A stretch of DNA of 62,661 bases, the filler included, from Asterionella formosa (taxonomy: Eukaryota): the NCBI GenBank assembly GCA_002256025.1. It is 15 parts of 15 records of this genome, joined end to end, with 100 filler letters (N's around TTAATTAATTAA, not from the genome) between each part and the next. Parts side by side here need not be neighbours in the genome. Positions count along the whole stretch, not along the records: positions 22,044 to 43,983 come from NKIB01002910.1; 14 more parts are not named here. One strand, written 5' to 3'. The translations under genes were made by a program, and so were the position numbers. This document shows, one piece after another, positions 22,615 through 33,250 of this stretch; positions within the stretch are counted from its first letter, which is position 1; the number at the start of each line of letters is the position of its first letter. The notes under the pieces were generated by a model, which was not told where the DNA came from, ran no database searches, and saw only the letters and a program-made list of their open reading frames with translations.

Positions 22615-24870
22615 ATGGCAAGGTATCCACAATCCCAAGATCCCTCACAGCGAACCTTGACTGAGTACCTACAGCATGATTACGATCAAGAGCAGGACCA
22701 GCAGCAGACCGAGCAATCATCTCGTGGAAATGTTTCAAGTCGATCCCCCGCGCACATGATGGATCAGGATGATTCAAAATTGGAAACAATTGAGGATGAA
22801 TTTGACCTAGTGTCTCTGGGATCCAATACAGAATTGGAGTCGACTCGCCAGTCAAGATCACCAAGAATCATTTTATCGCTTCTGATTGGAACAGTTATTC
22901 TCACATCATCTATGGCGGTTTTCGTTCCTTTTTTTGTATCAAAGTACAGAGAAAAAAGTATGATGGGCGATTCCTCCGTTTTGGACCCATTCTCGGCATT
23001 ACGAGATGCAGTCTCTATCAACGATGCTGAGTGGGGCGTTGTTGCTTCTGATCATCCGATCTGCTCTCGTATGGGTTTAGACACACTGAGGAAAGGGGGA
23101 AACGCGGTGGATGCAGCTGTGGTCACTGCTCTGTGTCTAGGAGTTGCCAATCCAGCATCGTCTGGAATTGGCGGAGGAGCATTTATCCTCATAAGTATCA
23201 ACGAATCGGTCGACAAATCCAAGAATAATTCCACCGAGCCAGCTTACATTGACGCTAGAGACCCCCAATTTAAGCAACCGGTTCCGGGAAAGATTTTGGA
23301 AGTAATTGATTGCCGAGAAACAGCTCCCCTCGCCGCAAGTGAAGACATGTTTGTAGGACTCCCCGAAGACACATCGACCGTCGGAGGGTTGGCGATTGCA
23401 ATTCCAGGTGAATTGCGAGGACTGGAATTAGCTCATGCAAGATGGGGTAAGTTACCTTGGAAAGATCTTGTGGCGCCAGCCCAGAAGTTGGCCATAGATG
23501 GTGCGCCAGTCTTCAACTATTTGGCAAAAGCTATTCAAGAACACACTTCAGAACGATGGAAGTTCCCCAATCTCAAAAAGCTGTTAACAAAGAACAACGA
23601 TGGGGTCACAAAATTAGAGGTAGGGGATTTGTTGAAGAACGAAGCACTAGCCTCAACCCTAAATGCTATCATGACAAACGGAGTGGATGCTCTCTACAAT
23701 GGAGATCAAACTCCTGGCTTCATTGAAGATATTCAAAGTGCGGGTGGCATCATTACAGCGAACGATCTAATGCATTACAAGCCAACTATTAGAGATCCTC
23801 TGGTTGGGAGGAATGTTGGTGGCTATGCCTTAGTTGGAGTACCGCCTCCCAGCTCAGGAGGAGCAGCAGTGATTGGTGCAGCTCGATTTTTGTCTGGATA
23901 CAAGAGGAATGAGAAAAATTCACCCTACGAACATCGGCTGGTCGAAGCAATGAAACATGCCTTTGCCATTCGCATGTCACTCAGTGATCCAGGGTTCCCT
24001 TCGAAGACTAATGTAAGCCAAGTTGTTCAAGATTTGGTGTATAATGATTACATGGAAACCTTGAGACAAACAACAAAAGATGACGACGTACTGCCACTTT
24101 CACAGTACGGCGGAGCAAAATGGGCTCAACTTAATGATTCGCAAGGTCAGGGCAATGCAATGGATGCAAATGAAGGCGACCGCAGAAAGCGACGACTCCG
24201 GATCCGCGATTATCAGAATCCCAACTTTGGTTACTTGGAAGACCATGGTACAACTCATCTCAGTGTGGTTGACAGAGAGTATAACGCAGTTTCTATTACA
24301 TCATCAGTCAATACATATTTTGGATCTGGGATTGTTGCATCCCATACTGGCATACTGTTGAATTCTCAAATGGACGATTTTTCGACGCCTGGCCGGCCAA
24401 ACTTCTTTGGGCTTGAACCATCGGAGGCGAATTACATTGCGCCAAGGAAGAAACCCTTGAGTAGCATGTCACCAATGCTCATCTTTGCAGATGATGGAAA
24501 TCCCACATTAGGTGAACTGGCCATGGCCCTTGGTGCTTCGGGTGGACCTAAGATTATCACTGCTGTTCTTCAAACTTTCATGAACTACGCTGTGAAGAAG
24601 ATGCCCCTCTTTGAGGCCATGGCCAACCCTCGGCTTCACGATCAACTCCTTTATCATGAAAAATCTGTGGTTTTATTTGAAGAAACTATGATAGGCAAAG
24701 CTCTGATTAAAGTTTCTGAAGATGCTCGAGAAGAATTGGCAAATACTGGTCATAGTTTACTTGCCATTGGTTACACTGGAGCTGTCCAAGCGATTGCCCT
24801 TGACCATGTGACATATAGAATGGACGCTGTCTCAGACATTCGGAAAGGAGGCAAGCCTGCGGGATACTAG
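22615..24870 (+). CDS. GGT: Gamma-glutamyltranspeptidase / glutathione hydrolase
   Basis: GGNAVDAA, SGIGGG, IDCRETAP, PPPSSGG, catalytic HGTTHLSVVD, NSQMDDF, PLSSMSP, GASGG; N-terminal TM anchor. Confidence 0.95.
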   Translation: MARYPQSQDPSQRTLTEYLQHDYDQEQDQQQTEQSSRGNVSSRSPAHMMDQDDSKLETIEDEFDLVSLGSNTELESTRQSRSPRIILSLLIGTVILTSSMAVFVPFFVSKYREKSMMGDSSVLDPFSALRDAVSINDAEWGVVASDHPICSRMGLDTLRKGGNAVDAAVVTALCLGVANPASSGIGGGAFILISINESVDKSKNNSTEPAYIDARDPQFKQPVPGKILEVIDCRETAPLAASEDMFVGLPEDTSTVGGLAIAIPGELRGLELAHARWGKLPWKDLVAPAQKLAIDGAPVFNYLAKAIQEHTSERWKFPNLKKLLTKNNDGVTKLEVGDLLKNEALASTLNAIMTNGVDALYNGDQTPGFIEDIQSAGGIITANDLMHYKPTIRDPLVGRNVGGYALVGVPPPSSGGAAVIGAARFLSGYKRNEKNSPYEHRLVEAMKHAFAIRMSLSDPGFPSKTNVSQVVQDLVYNDYMETLRQTTKDDDVLPLSQYGGAKWAQLNDSQGQGNAMDANEGDRRKRRLRIRDYQNPNFGYLEDHGTTHLSVVDREYNAVSITSSVNTYFGSGIVASHTGILLNSQMDDFSTPGRPNFFGLEPSEANYIAPRKKPLSSMSPMLIFADDGNPTLGELAMALGASGGPKIITAVLQTFMNYAVKKMPLFEAMANPRLHDQLLYHEKSVVLFEETMIGKALIKVSEDAREELANTGHSLLAIGYTGAVQAIALDHVTYRMDAVSDIRKGGKPAGY

Positions 24871-25333
24871 CAAGCCTGAACTGACGATATCAATTGTTCT
24901 ATTTTCTCTTCGTTGATCTTGTTTGATGGTGCAGATTAGAGTTGGAATAGCATTCCGCAATGCTTATACTGCTTGCTTGGTTTTGGTGCAATATAGTCGA
25001 CCATGTTTATGCATCATCAATTAGCAGTGATTGCGTCCAAATCAAAGACATGCTTCCAAAACAAAGCATTATTTGATCAAATGGAACTAAATTGATATAG
25101 CACTGTACATTGGCATTTTCGTCGTTTACTGCTTGGTGGGTGTTTGCGTCGTCATTGGGGTTTTCTTGAAGATGAGATGTCAGTTTTAAATGGGACCCAT
25201 AAGTCGAATACTGACATGTAGTAATAAGAATGTAAAGATTTATCAAAATGTCTTTTGCCCCTGTGAGATTATAGCAGGTTTCCCCGAAACGATGCTTATT
25301 TCCATTAATGACAGTGTCCATACCAGAATATTT

Positions 25334-26110
25334 TCAAACTATTATAGTATCAGCCATCGATCGTGGTGGTGCCAAGCATAGATCAATACGAAGTGCAATT
25401 TTTTGTGTAGATTCCGAATTGACGGGATCGCCTGAATGCTGCCAAGAGTGTGGAAAAATGAGCACTGTGTTTCTGGTTGGTGCAATGTGTTCCAGCGGAA
25501 CCAGGTGATATTTGGAGCTTGGATTTCCATCAGTTTTTACCTTGTGGTACAAAGTAGTTTCCCCACCTTTATCACAGGTAGATAAGTAAATCATCATGGT
25601 GGCCACACTACGCTCGCCTGTTCCAGGATGCACATTGGAACCGTCGGAATGTATCGCCATATTCCCTCCCTTCGAGTATTCCAAGAAACGAAACCAAGGA
25701 AGTGATTGAAAATGTTTACCCTTGCTTCCCAACAAATTCCACCTTTCCAAATTAGCATCGATGAGGCGACCTACCCAACCATCTTCCTTGTGCATTGATT
25801 TGGTACTAGCATCATCCGAAGTAACTGCACCACTGTTGCAGTACACATGTTTTTCAGAAATGAACCTCCGTGGGCACGTTGGACGTGACAAGTCCAATGG
25901 AATCCTACTACGCAAGTATTCCAACGCCAACAAATCCGTTTCTGACATGGCGTGTTCAATATGATAGGCGCACATCGTCACGGCCCAAGGAGAATTGTAG
26001 CTCTGGTGGTCTGTGACACCTTCGTCTTGTTGTTGCTCCTCCAAGGAGCGATAGATCCGCCTTACGTTACATTTGTATTCGCCGATTTCCGTGACGAATG
26101 ACTCTTTCAT
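25334..26110 (-). CDS. 2OG-Fe(II) oxygenase (prolyl-hydroxylase-like); 5' end uncertain
   Basis: RFLEY, HSD, TMMIYL, GGET, FPHSWQHSG and KIALR, giving the HxD...H triad. Confidence 0.8.
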   Translation of the reverse strand: MKESFVTEIGEYKCNVRRIYRSLEEQQQDEGVTDHQSYNSPWAVTMCAYHIEHAMSETDLLALEYLRSRIPLDLSRPTCPRRFISEKHVYCNSGAVTSDDASTKSMHKEDGWVGRLIDANLERWNLLGSKGKHFQSLPWFRFLEYSKGGNMAIHSDGSNVHPGTGERSVATMMIYLSTCDKGGETTLYHKVKTDGNPSSKYHLVPLEHIAPTRNTVLIFPHSWQHSGDPVNSESTQKIALRIDLCLAPPRSMADTIIV

Positions 26111-26833
26111 CTTGTCCTCGTTCTGTGTCACTCCATCAGCAATAAACGCTGACAAACAACGAATTGATACTCAATTATAGTAGACTGCACTCCAGTTCAC
26201 TTTGTCGTCCGCAATCCCGAACACAAGCAAATAGGTTTTCTCCATTAAATACTGAAGAGTCTTTAGACTAGTCTACCGTGATCTAAGTATAAATGTATAT
26301 GAATATAGCAGAAAAAATAATTAGTAGGACAGTAGCAACTAAATAAGGCAGTAGGAAATCATACAAGACCTAAGTAGTGAATGTGAATTGGGACGAGCGA
26401 CAATGAAACCGAAAGCCATTCTTATGTACAGATCGTCTTGGAATAATGATGATGATTCTACGAAGTATCTTTCCCCGCATACAGAACTTACGATAGAATA
26501 TTGATTACATATAGCACGCGCCGAGAGCGAAGGACCGAAAACGACGGTTCTTACTATGATAAGGTCAGGACCGGTATATCTGTGATAAATGAAGAATAGT
26601 TGAAGTGCTGTTGCTTCGCATCAAAATCACCCTGACGTAGAGAGGCAAATGTAACATCCGAAATGAGGTGTTTCCTGATGCATCATGTTTCTCCAAGTAG
26701 TATCATTCCAGCATACAACCGGTAGTTGCTATCATTGTGATTCAATCTTGTATTGATTAGTTCCTCACTTGACTTTTAATTCCTCGGCCACTCTCGACGA
26801 AAACTAATTTCACTGAAGGCATCAAGCAAGGAA

Positions 26834-27894
26834 ATGAAGGTGTCAACATGGGTTTCAGGAGTTGTTGCTTCTCTGCTACTTTCAACATGCCCCTACGTCG
26901 ATGCGTTCACACCATCGATTGGTCCATTAACTTTGAAAAATAAGGTAGCCATGTCATTGACGGACGAAGACTGCGGGTGTGGTGAAGCAATGATCATTTT
27001 CTCGGGAAAGCCATCCGAAAGGGCCCGAGCCATTAATCCCAGACTCGCCATTCGTATGAATTCAATCTACTCCGTGTATGGCCAAGCGATCAACATGGAT
27101 GACCTAATTGGTCCACCTAATAGTAGTTCCATGGGAACATCCGTTGTCGTCTTCTTGCGATCGCTTGGGTGACCCCTATGTCAGGAATTGATTCTGGCTT
27201 ACTCAAAAGTTAGAAGCAATCTCCTGGCTGAAGGCGTTACTCTAGTCATGGTTTCTATTGGTAAGCATGAGATTGGACAGAAGTTGGTAGAGCATCTGGA
27301 CCTCAACAATGGAGATGAATTTTTATTTGTCGGTAAGTACAGCAGCGATGGCGTTTTCGATTTTTGAATGTGATCTGCGCTGGCAAACAAGCGGCGTAGC
27401 ACTGACCCTTCACATTGCAACTTTAGACCCCGACAACTCGCTGTACGACGCTTTGGATCTCAACCGAGGCATAAAGGAAACATTTTTTTCTCCAAGCACA
27501 CCACTCTCGTTTTTAGACCGGTTCACCAGGAAGGATGGTATGAGTAATCTTGTGGAAGTATTGTCCAAGTGGAACAAGGGTGAGTTTTGTATTTGCATAA
27601 ATGATCCTTTCACTCCGCCTTTTCATTAACATGTTTTTCTTCTAGCTTTCTATATTCCGCCTAAACAATCTCAAGGCTTTAACCAAGGAGGAACATTTAT
27701 TTTCAAAGGGGAGAAGACTATCTTTGCACACTACGATGGTAAGTGTGCTGTATTCTTGTGGTTAGCAATTGTCAGCAGCCTGTTTTCTTGTTTCTTATTG
27801 ACAAACGACTTCAGAGTCTACAGGCGCCCATGCCAAGGTAGAGGACGTGGTTGCTCTGGCAATCATGACATCTGCTACTTCAATCACTGTTTAG
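26834..27894 (+). CDS. Peroxiredoxin-like (AhpC/TSA-2, SelU/PRXL2-like) selenoprotein with UxxC; exons 26834-27332, 27427-27579, 27646-27738, 27815-27894 (274 aa, Sec113)
   Basis: VVVFLRSLG-TGA-PLCQE continues open through LVMVSIG, FVDPDNSLYDAL and NQGGTFIF..IFAHYD across three canonical GT-AG introns. SECIS-like hairpin in the 3' UTR. Confidence 0.88.
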
Positions 27895-27934
27895 TTGAAG
27901 TGTCTGTGTCGGGAAAATGTAGAGGATATCCACT

Positions 27935-27990
27935 GACACCGAGAATGACGCTCCAGGGAGAGAAATCCTTTGAGCTGAACTTTGGCGTTC
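27935..27990 (+). promoter_or_regulatory. SECIS element candidate
   Basis: ATGAC (27945) / TGAA (27976) non-Watson-Crick core, upper helix gctccaggga/tcctttgagc, A-rich loop GAGAAA, lower helix acaccgag/tttggcgt. The core lies about 50 nt after the stop codon. Confidence 0.7.
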
Positions 27991-29224
27991 CATCGGTTCC
28001 ACACATAGGCATGGTAATACAGTTGAAATGTATCTACCTTCTCGGAGTTGCAATGAACTAAACTTATAGCTAATAGGTGTCAATTTCTATAATTTGTTAC
28101 TAAAGTTCAAATATATGTGCCTTCTCGGAGTTACAATGGACTAAATGTAAGTTAATAAATGTCTATGTTCATTTTTTGAGATGACACAGTTACGCATTAG
28201 ATGACATATATTTAGTTTCAAATTTGCCCATGATGATAAGCATACTTGAAAATTCATCCATCATAGACTTGATGTTCTCACTTCAGCACAGGAAAATTGC
28301 ATTGTTTGTCATAACCTCATCAATTTAACCATTGTTTTCGATCATCCTTTCTTATCCTTTAATGCGTTTGCTGCGTCACCAAAGGAGGAAACATACGATG
28401 AAGCAATTAATTTCCAAAATCTCATCTACTTATGATCACGAGATTGTTCATCATATTCAATACGAACACGATATTTTGGGAATTAATGCGTCATTAAACG
28501 ATAGAAATTCTTTGATTTTCATGGAGTTACAATAATGGCAGATACCTTCAATGGTTACTACCTGGCTCATCTCAAAGTTTGAGTTTTCAACTCAAGAATG
28601 GTCGATGATTTATTGAAAGTAGTAAAGGGAAAATGGTCTGGCTATTATTGTTAACCAGAAACCGTCTTTAACAGTGTGATATTCTCAGTGGCAATACCGG
28701 ATAATAAAGGTTAAAATATAAAACGTAAACTAAAATTATGATATAAACTGTGAAAAATGGAAATGATCTCCAATGGTCAATCCATTCCTCTCTTCATGTA
28801 GGGTGATACTAATTCCATTCGTAAATAGTGCATACGTAATCCCCAAATTGACGTGGTATGCAAACATATTCCTTTTTCTCAAATTCTCAAGATTGGAACA
28901 AATCCAGTTGTTCTGATCTTCCTCTATATATAGTAAACCCCTAATACTCACCTTCATGCCATTATACGTGAGATTTTCAAGTGTGTGGGATGATCCTTTA
29001 TTTATTGATGGGCTCGATCTTGTCTTCTAAGGCGTTGTTTCTGTGCGGCATCCAACAACCTTTTCAGGAATACTGTCATCGCATCATACTTAAGTAGGTT
29101 GTTGTATTTATGCCATGAAATGTTGGTAGTCAGTACATACTTGGGAGTACTTTGATTGCTGATATATAATAAATTGTTTCCTCTGGTACATAAGTTGCGG
29201 TGCTGAATATAATGTAACCTGATG

Positions 29225-31110
29225 GTTGCCCCTTGAACGCATAGGACTGCGTGAATGTTATGGGTTCTGAAACAATAATTCCTTTATCAAGGGGTGAAAT
29301 TTCGCGCCAGGCAATGGTTTCATTAATACATCGGCATAATTGTGTTCACTCTTGATGTGGTTGAACTTTATAATCCTGCCTGCTATGGCCTCCCTCACTC
29401 GATGGTATGCTATGGCATTATGTTTCTTTTTAGGTCCACTCAAGGGAATTGTGGTGTTCAAAATAACGCTTTGGTTGTCACCTAACATCCAAGCTGGTCC
29501 ATCGATCTTCACTCCAAGCATTTGTAGGTTATATCGAACTTCGAAAATCAGTTCAGCTGCAATTCTAGCCGCCACTAGTTCAGAACCATATGTGGACGAT
29601 TCCACCGTCTTCTGTGGTCTTGAAAGCCATTTGATGGGCGTGTCATTGAAAAAGATGAATATCCCAGCCAGTGATGGATCTCCTTGTGACCTGATCATGT
29701 GCATGATCTGCATCCATGTAACATGTAACCCGTACAGTTCTTCCTCGTGGTGGGGGCATATTTGGGGGTATTTCTTCCTCTGCATCAGGATATAACTCAC
29801 TCCAATCTTCATTGATTGCATTGTCAAATTCACTCCAATCAATATAGTTTGGTTCCATTGTTATGTGTCCTTTAGGGAATTTTTTCACATATCCTAAGAT
29901 TCTTTGCATGGCAACGTATGTCCTTTGCGTGGTGCCAAAGAGTATTGTGACATTACCTGGGTGGTATAATTAATGTCAAATCTTCCCAATGTTATCACCC
30001 AATTACAACTTCCAACCATCCCTCGATATTTTGAAGCATCTCTAGCATCGACCAAAGGTGTATCATCAAGCTCAGGATGGTAAGAGTCATGCATTGGTGT
30101 TGAAGGTTTTGATTTCATTTCCAAACAATATTCTCCATTTTTCCAATCATGTTGTTAGTAATATAGGTTCTGGCAGACATTGCGTATTTTATGCCAATCT
30201 TGTTCCATGCATCACTTAAATACTCAATATTCCCAACCAAGTAATACTCTGCTGCTCCTATTCCCTTTAATGTGTTATCTTTTTGGATTTCCTTGATAAC
30301 TGCTAGTGGATCTTTGGAAAACGCCAAAATATCATCCACATATGTAGCGATGTATTCATAATGATCTCCACAGTCTTTGAGATATAGGTCAGTATCTGCA
30401 TATGATGGTCGATACCCCATGATAACAAGTATGGCTGATAAATGTTCATGGAATCTTGCTGAGCTACTACGTAAACCATATAGCCCCTTCTCAATTATGA
30501 GGTTTTCTCCCTTGTTTTTACATATAAGAAGGTATTCCCAATATCAGCAGCACAAATGTCTAGGTGGTTTATGGCAGCAAGTAGGAATCCCATACGAACA
30601 GTGTCCATCCCGACAACTCCTGAGTATATGTCTTCTTTGGGTGGATCGGTTCGATGTCCTCCTGCAACTAGCCTTGCTTTCCTCCTTGGATCAAATTTGA
30701 CGTCGAATATTATCTGGTATGGGATTCATTTGTACCCTGCTGGTAATTCATGTTCTGACACCTCTCGAAACATATGGTATTCATTGCTCTGTTTCAATTT
30801 CATGTCAATGGCGGTCCTCCATAAGTTATCATGATTCATCTCATCTAGATGTAATGCATGTTTTACTGATGAAGGGACTTCCACTCCAAACTAATATATT
30901 GGTTCATCATGAGTTGCTTTCATGATTTGTATTATTGCATGCAAGCTTGTGTTGGTTCAAGGTATTCTTTCACCCATATCCATTCATCTAGATGGCATAA
31001 CCGTTTTTGTAGCTATTGCATATTTTGTCAACACCATAGGTTCCTGTAACCTCATCGATTCCATTGTAACCCATCCAGTGTCTCCATTCAACCATTGTAT
31101 ATTTATTTTA
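29225..31110 (-). mobile_element. Degenerate Ty1/copia LTR retrotransposon (RT-RNase H, frameshifted)
   Basis: LYGLRSS, YIATYVDDIL, KYRGMVGSCNW, YMDADHA..TRRSITG, VESSTYGSE, GDNQSV and NYADVLMKPL spread over several frames; purine-rich aagggg near 29230. Confidence 0.9.
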
Positions 31111-33250
31111 CGACTGAATATTGCATCACAAGACTACCATTCCAATGATGACGTTTTGGTGCTAAGTGGTTCTGATTCCGATGATTCGGAGACCGTGGTA
31201 GAAAAGGCCGATTTGGTCGAATTTTTGGACAATGATAGCTCAACGTTGGCTGGGTCTGAAGCCGATTTAGATACATAGGTAACCTTCAAATAGCATCAGT
31301 ATATAACTTCTGGAGAAACTGCAGAAAGGAACTTCGGTTTTTTTACTCTGCCAAATAAAGTGATTTCCCCCGAAAATTCCAGTCTTTATAGCATAGTTAA
31401 AAAACCGAAGTTCCTTTCTTCAGTTTCTCGCCAGATCCTATATCCTGACGATATATGACTTTGACCTGTGCCCCTACTTTTGTCAATGACTGTAGCTAAG
31501 CATATGGAAAGGGTGTATATTGGTGAAAGCTCCGTTTAGCGATACACATTTATGTTTTACTCGTAAGAAGTGTGTGTTGAGTACTCTGACTCAATATTAT
31601 ATTTTTAACCCTACCTCTAAACTAGGGTTGAAATGCAGGAACCTTGAGGTTGCGGCCCCGCAGGAACAAATTGCGAGGTCCGTTCTTTCCCAAAATAATT
31701 ATATGATGTACCTTAATCCACACATTACGTACAAGTACATAAAATAGTTAAAGGAAAAATAGCTTTCACCAATACGACCACTTTGCACATGCTTAGATAC
31801 AGTCATGGGTCAACTTAGCGGTATGTTCTATCTTCGGATATGGTAAGGACCCCATTTCTGGAGAGAAGTGGCAGTTATGTATCATAGATTGGTAACTACC
31901 GCAATAATAGTCAAAAAAATGGGCTACGAAGCTTTTAAAAAATCTACGACACATAACTGCCACTTCTCTCCAGAAGGTAACTCCTGACGTTATAGGGTAC
32001 ACGGCTATCTATTGTAATCGTCATGAAACCCCGTAGATGTAGAGCATACCTATTCCAAAAAGTCGACCCGATCGGCTTTTTCAACAGTCGCCAAAATATT
32101 GGAATCGGAATTAGTACATGCAATAACATTCTCGTATACTTAGAGTCTTGCGTAGGTAGCTATGTTTTGCTGAATAATTCTCTGTCCGAAAAGTCTCCAG
32201 GGTAAGTTCCTGCGTCATTACACATATTCTGATAGGTTGAATTGAATTTACTCACCTGCTCCAGATCGGCTGGAGTATCCCGGTCTTGTAAAATTACACC
32301 TGCCATACTTGAGCCACATGTATTAGATGCTCTTTGTACCAGTGCTTTGTAGGTAAAACAAGTACTACCGGTAGTTTCATCATTAATCAAGATTATGTAC
32401 TACCGGTATCAGGTACCCTGGTACACTGTTACTCCGGTATTTGTTTATATACCAGTATGTGCCTTTGAATGTAGAGTTATATGCCTTTTGGGGGTACCAG
32501 TAATATTAAATCTACAGACAGCAACTAAGATTCAATATAAACGGATAAAAAAGTCATGAGAATAGATTTAGTTATACTCCTGATTTATATAGTATGTGTT
32601 TTGGCGTGGAACAAAATTATGTCTACAGTCAGCAACGAAGATATATTATAAACGTTTAAATATCATTTTCGTTTGTTTAAAATGGAACTACATCTATCTG
32701 GCGCCAACTCCTATTTAATTCAAATATTCAAATGGACACTCGAATCATGGGAACTCATAGCAGCAAACTCCCTGTTCCATGCCGATTATACAACCCTAGC
32801 GACGTTTTCTCCAAACTAGGGTTAAGCCGAGGGCCACAACCTTAAATACAGTCTTCGTCGGACAAAGTAGGGGTGTAGGTCCACTCTATATATACCGTCA
32901 GGACATAGGATCTGGCGAGAAACTGCAGAAAGAAACTTTGGTTTTTTTCTATGCTAAAAAGACTGGAAAATTCGGGGGAAATCTGTTTATTTGGTATAGT
33001 AAAAAAACCGAAGTTCCTTTCTGCAGTTTCTCGCCGGAAGATATATACTGATGCTATTTGAAAGTTACCTTTGTATTGAAATCGCTTTTAGACCCAGCCG
33101 ACGTTGAGCTACTGTAGTCCAAAAATTCGACAAAATCGGCCTTTTCTACGGTCTCCAAAAAGTCGGAATCAGAATCACTATTGTCCGAAACGTCATCAAT
33201 GGAATGGTAGTCTTGTGCTCAAATTTTTAGTCATAAAATCTGCTGTACAA
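31100..33250. mobile_element. Foldback/MULE-like element with ~330-360 bp inverted arms (about 31127-31457 and 32889-33217)
   Basis: The arms are diverged reverse complements of each other, and each contains an internal ~30-bp inverted repeat. No TSD found. Confidence 0.7.
31518..31774. mobile_element. MITE with TA-flanked TIRs (Tc1/mariner-like)
   Basis: ta|ttggtgaaagct ... agctttcaccaa|ta perfect 14-bp inverted termini; second partial copy at 22044. Confidence 0.7.

Noticed and set aside
26110..26245. Second possible in-frame TGA (26173-26171) upstream of the 2OG oxygenase: MEKTYLL...YYN*VSIRCLSAF
   Set aside because: No redox motif and no SECIS-like hairpin seen downstream. It is explained by a start at 26110 or by an intron, so it is not called a selenoprotein.
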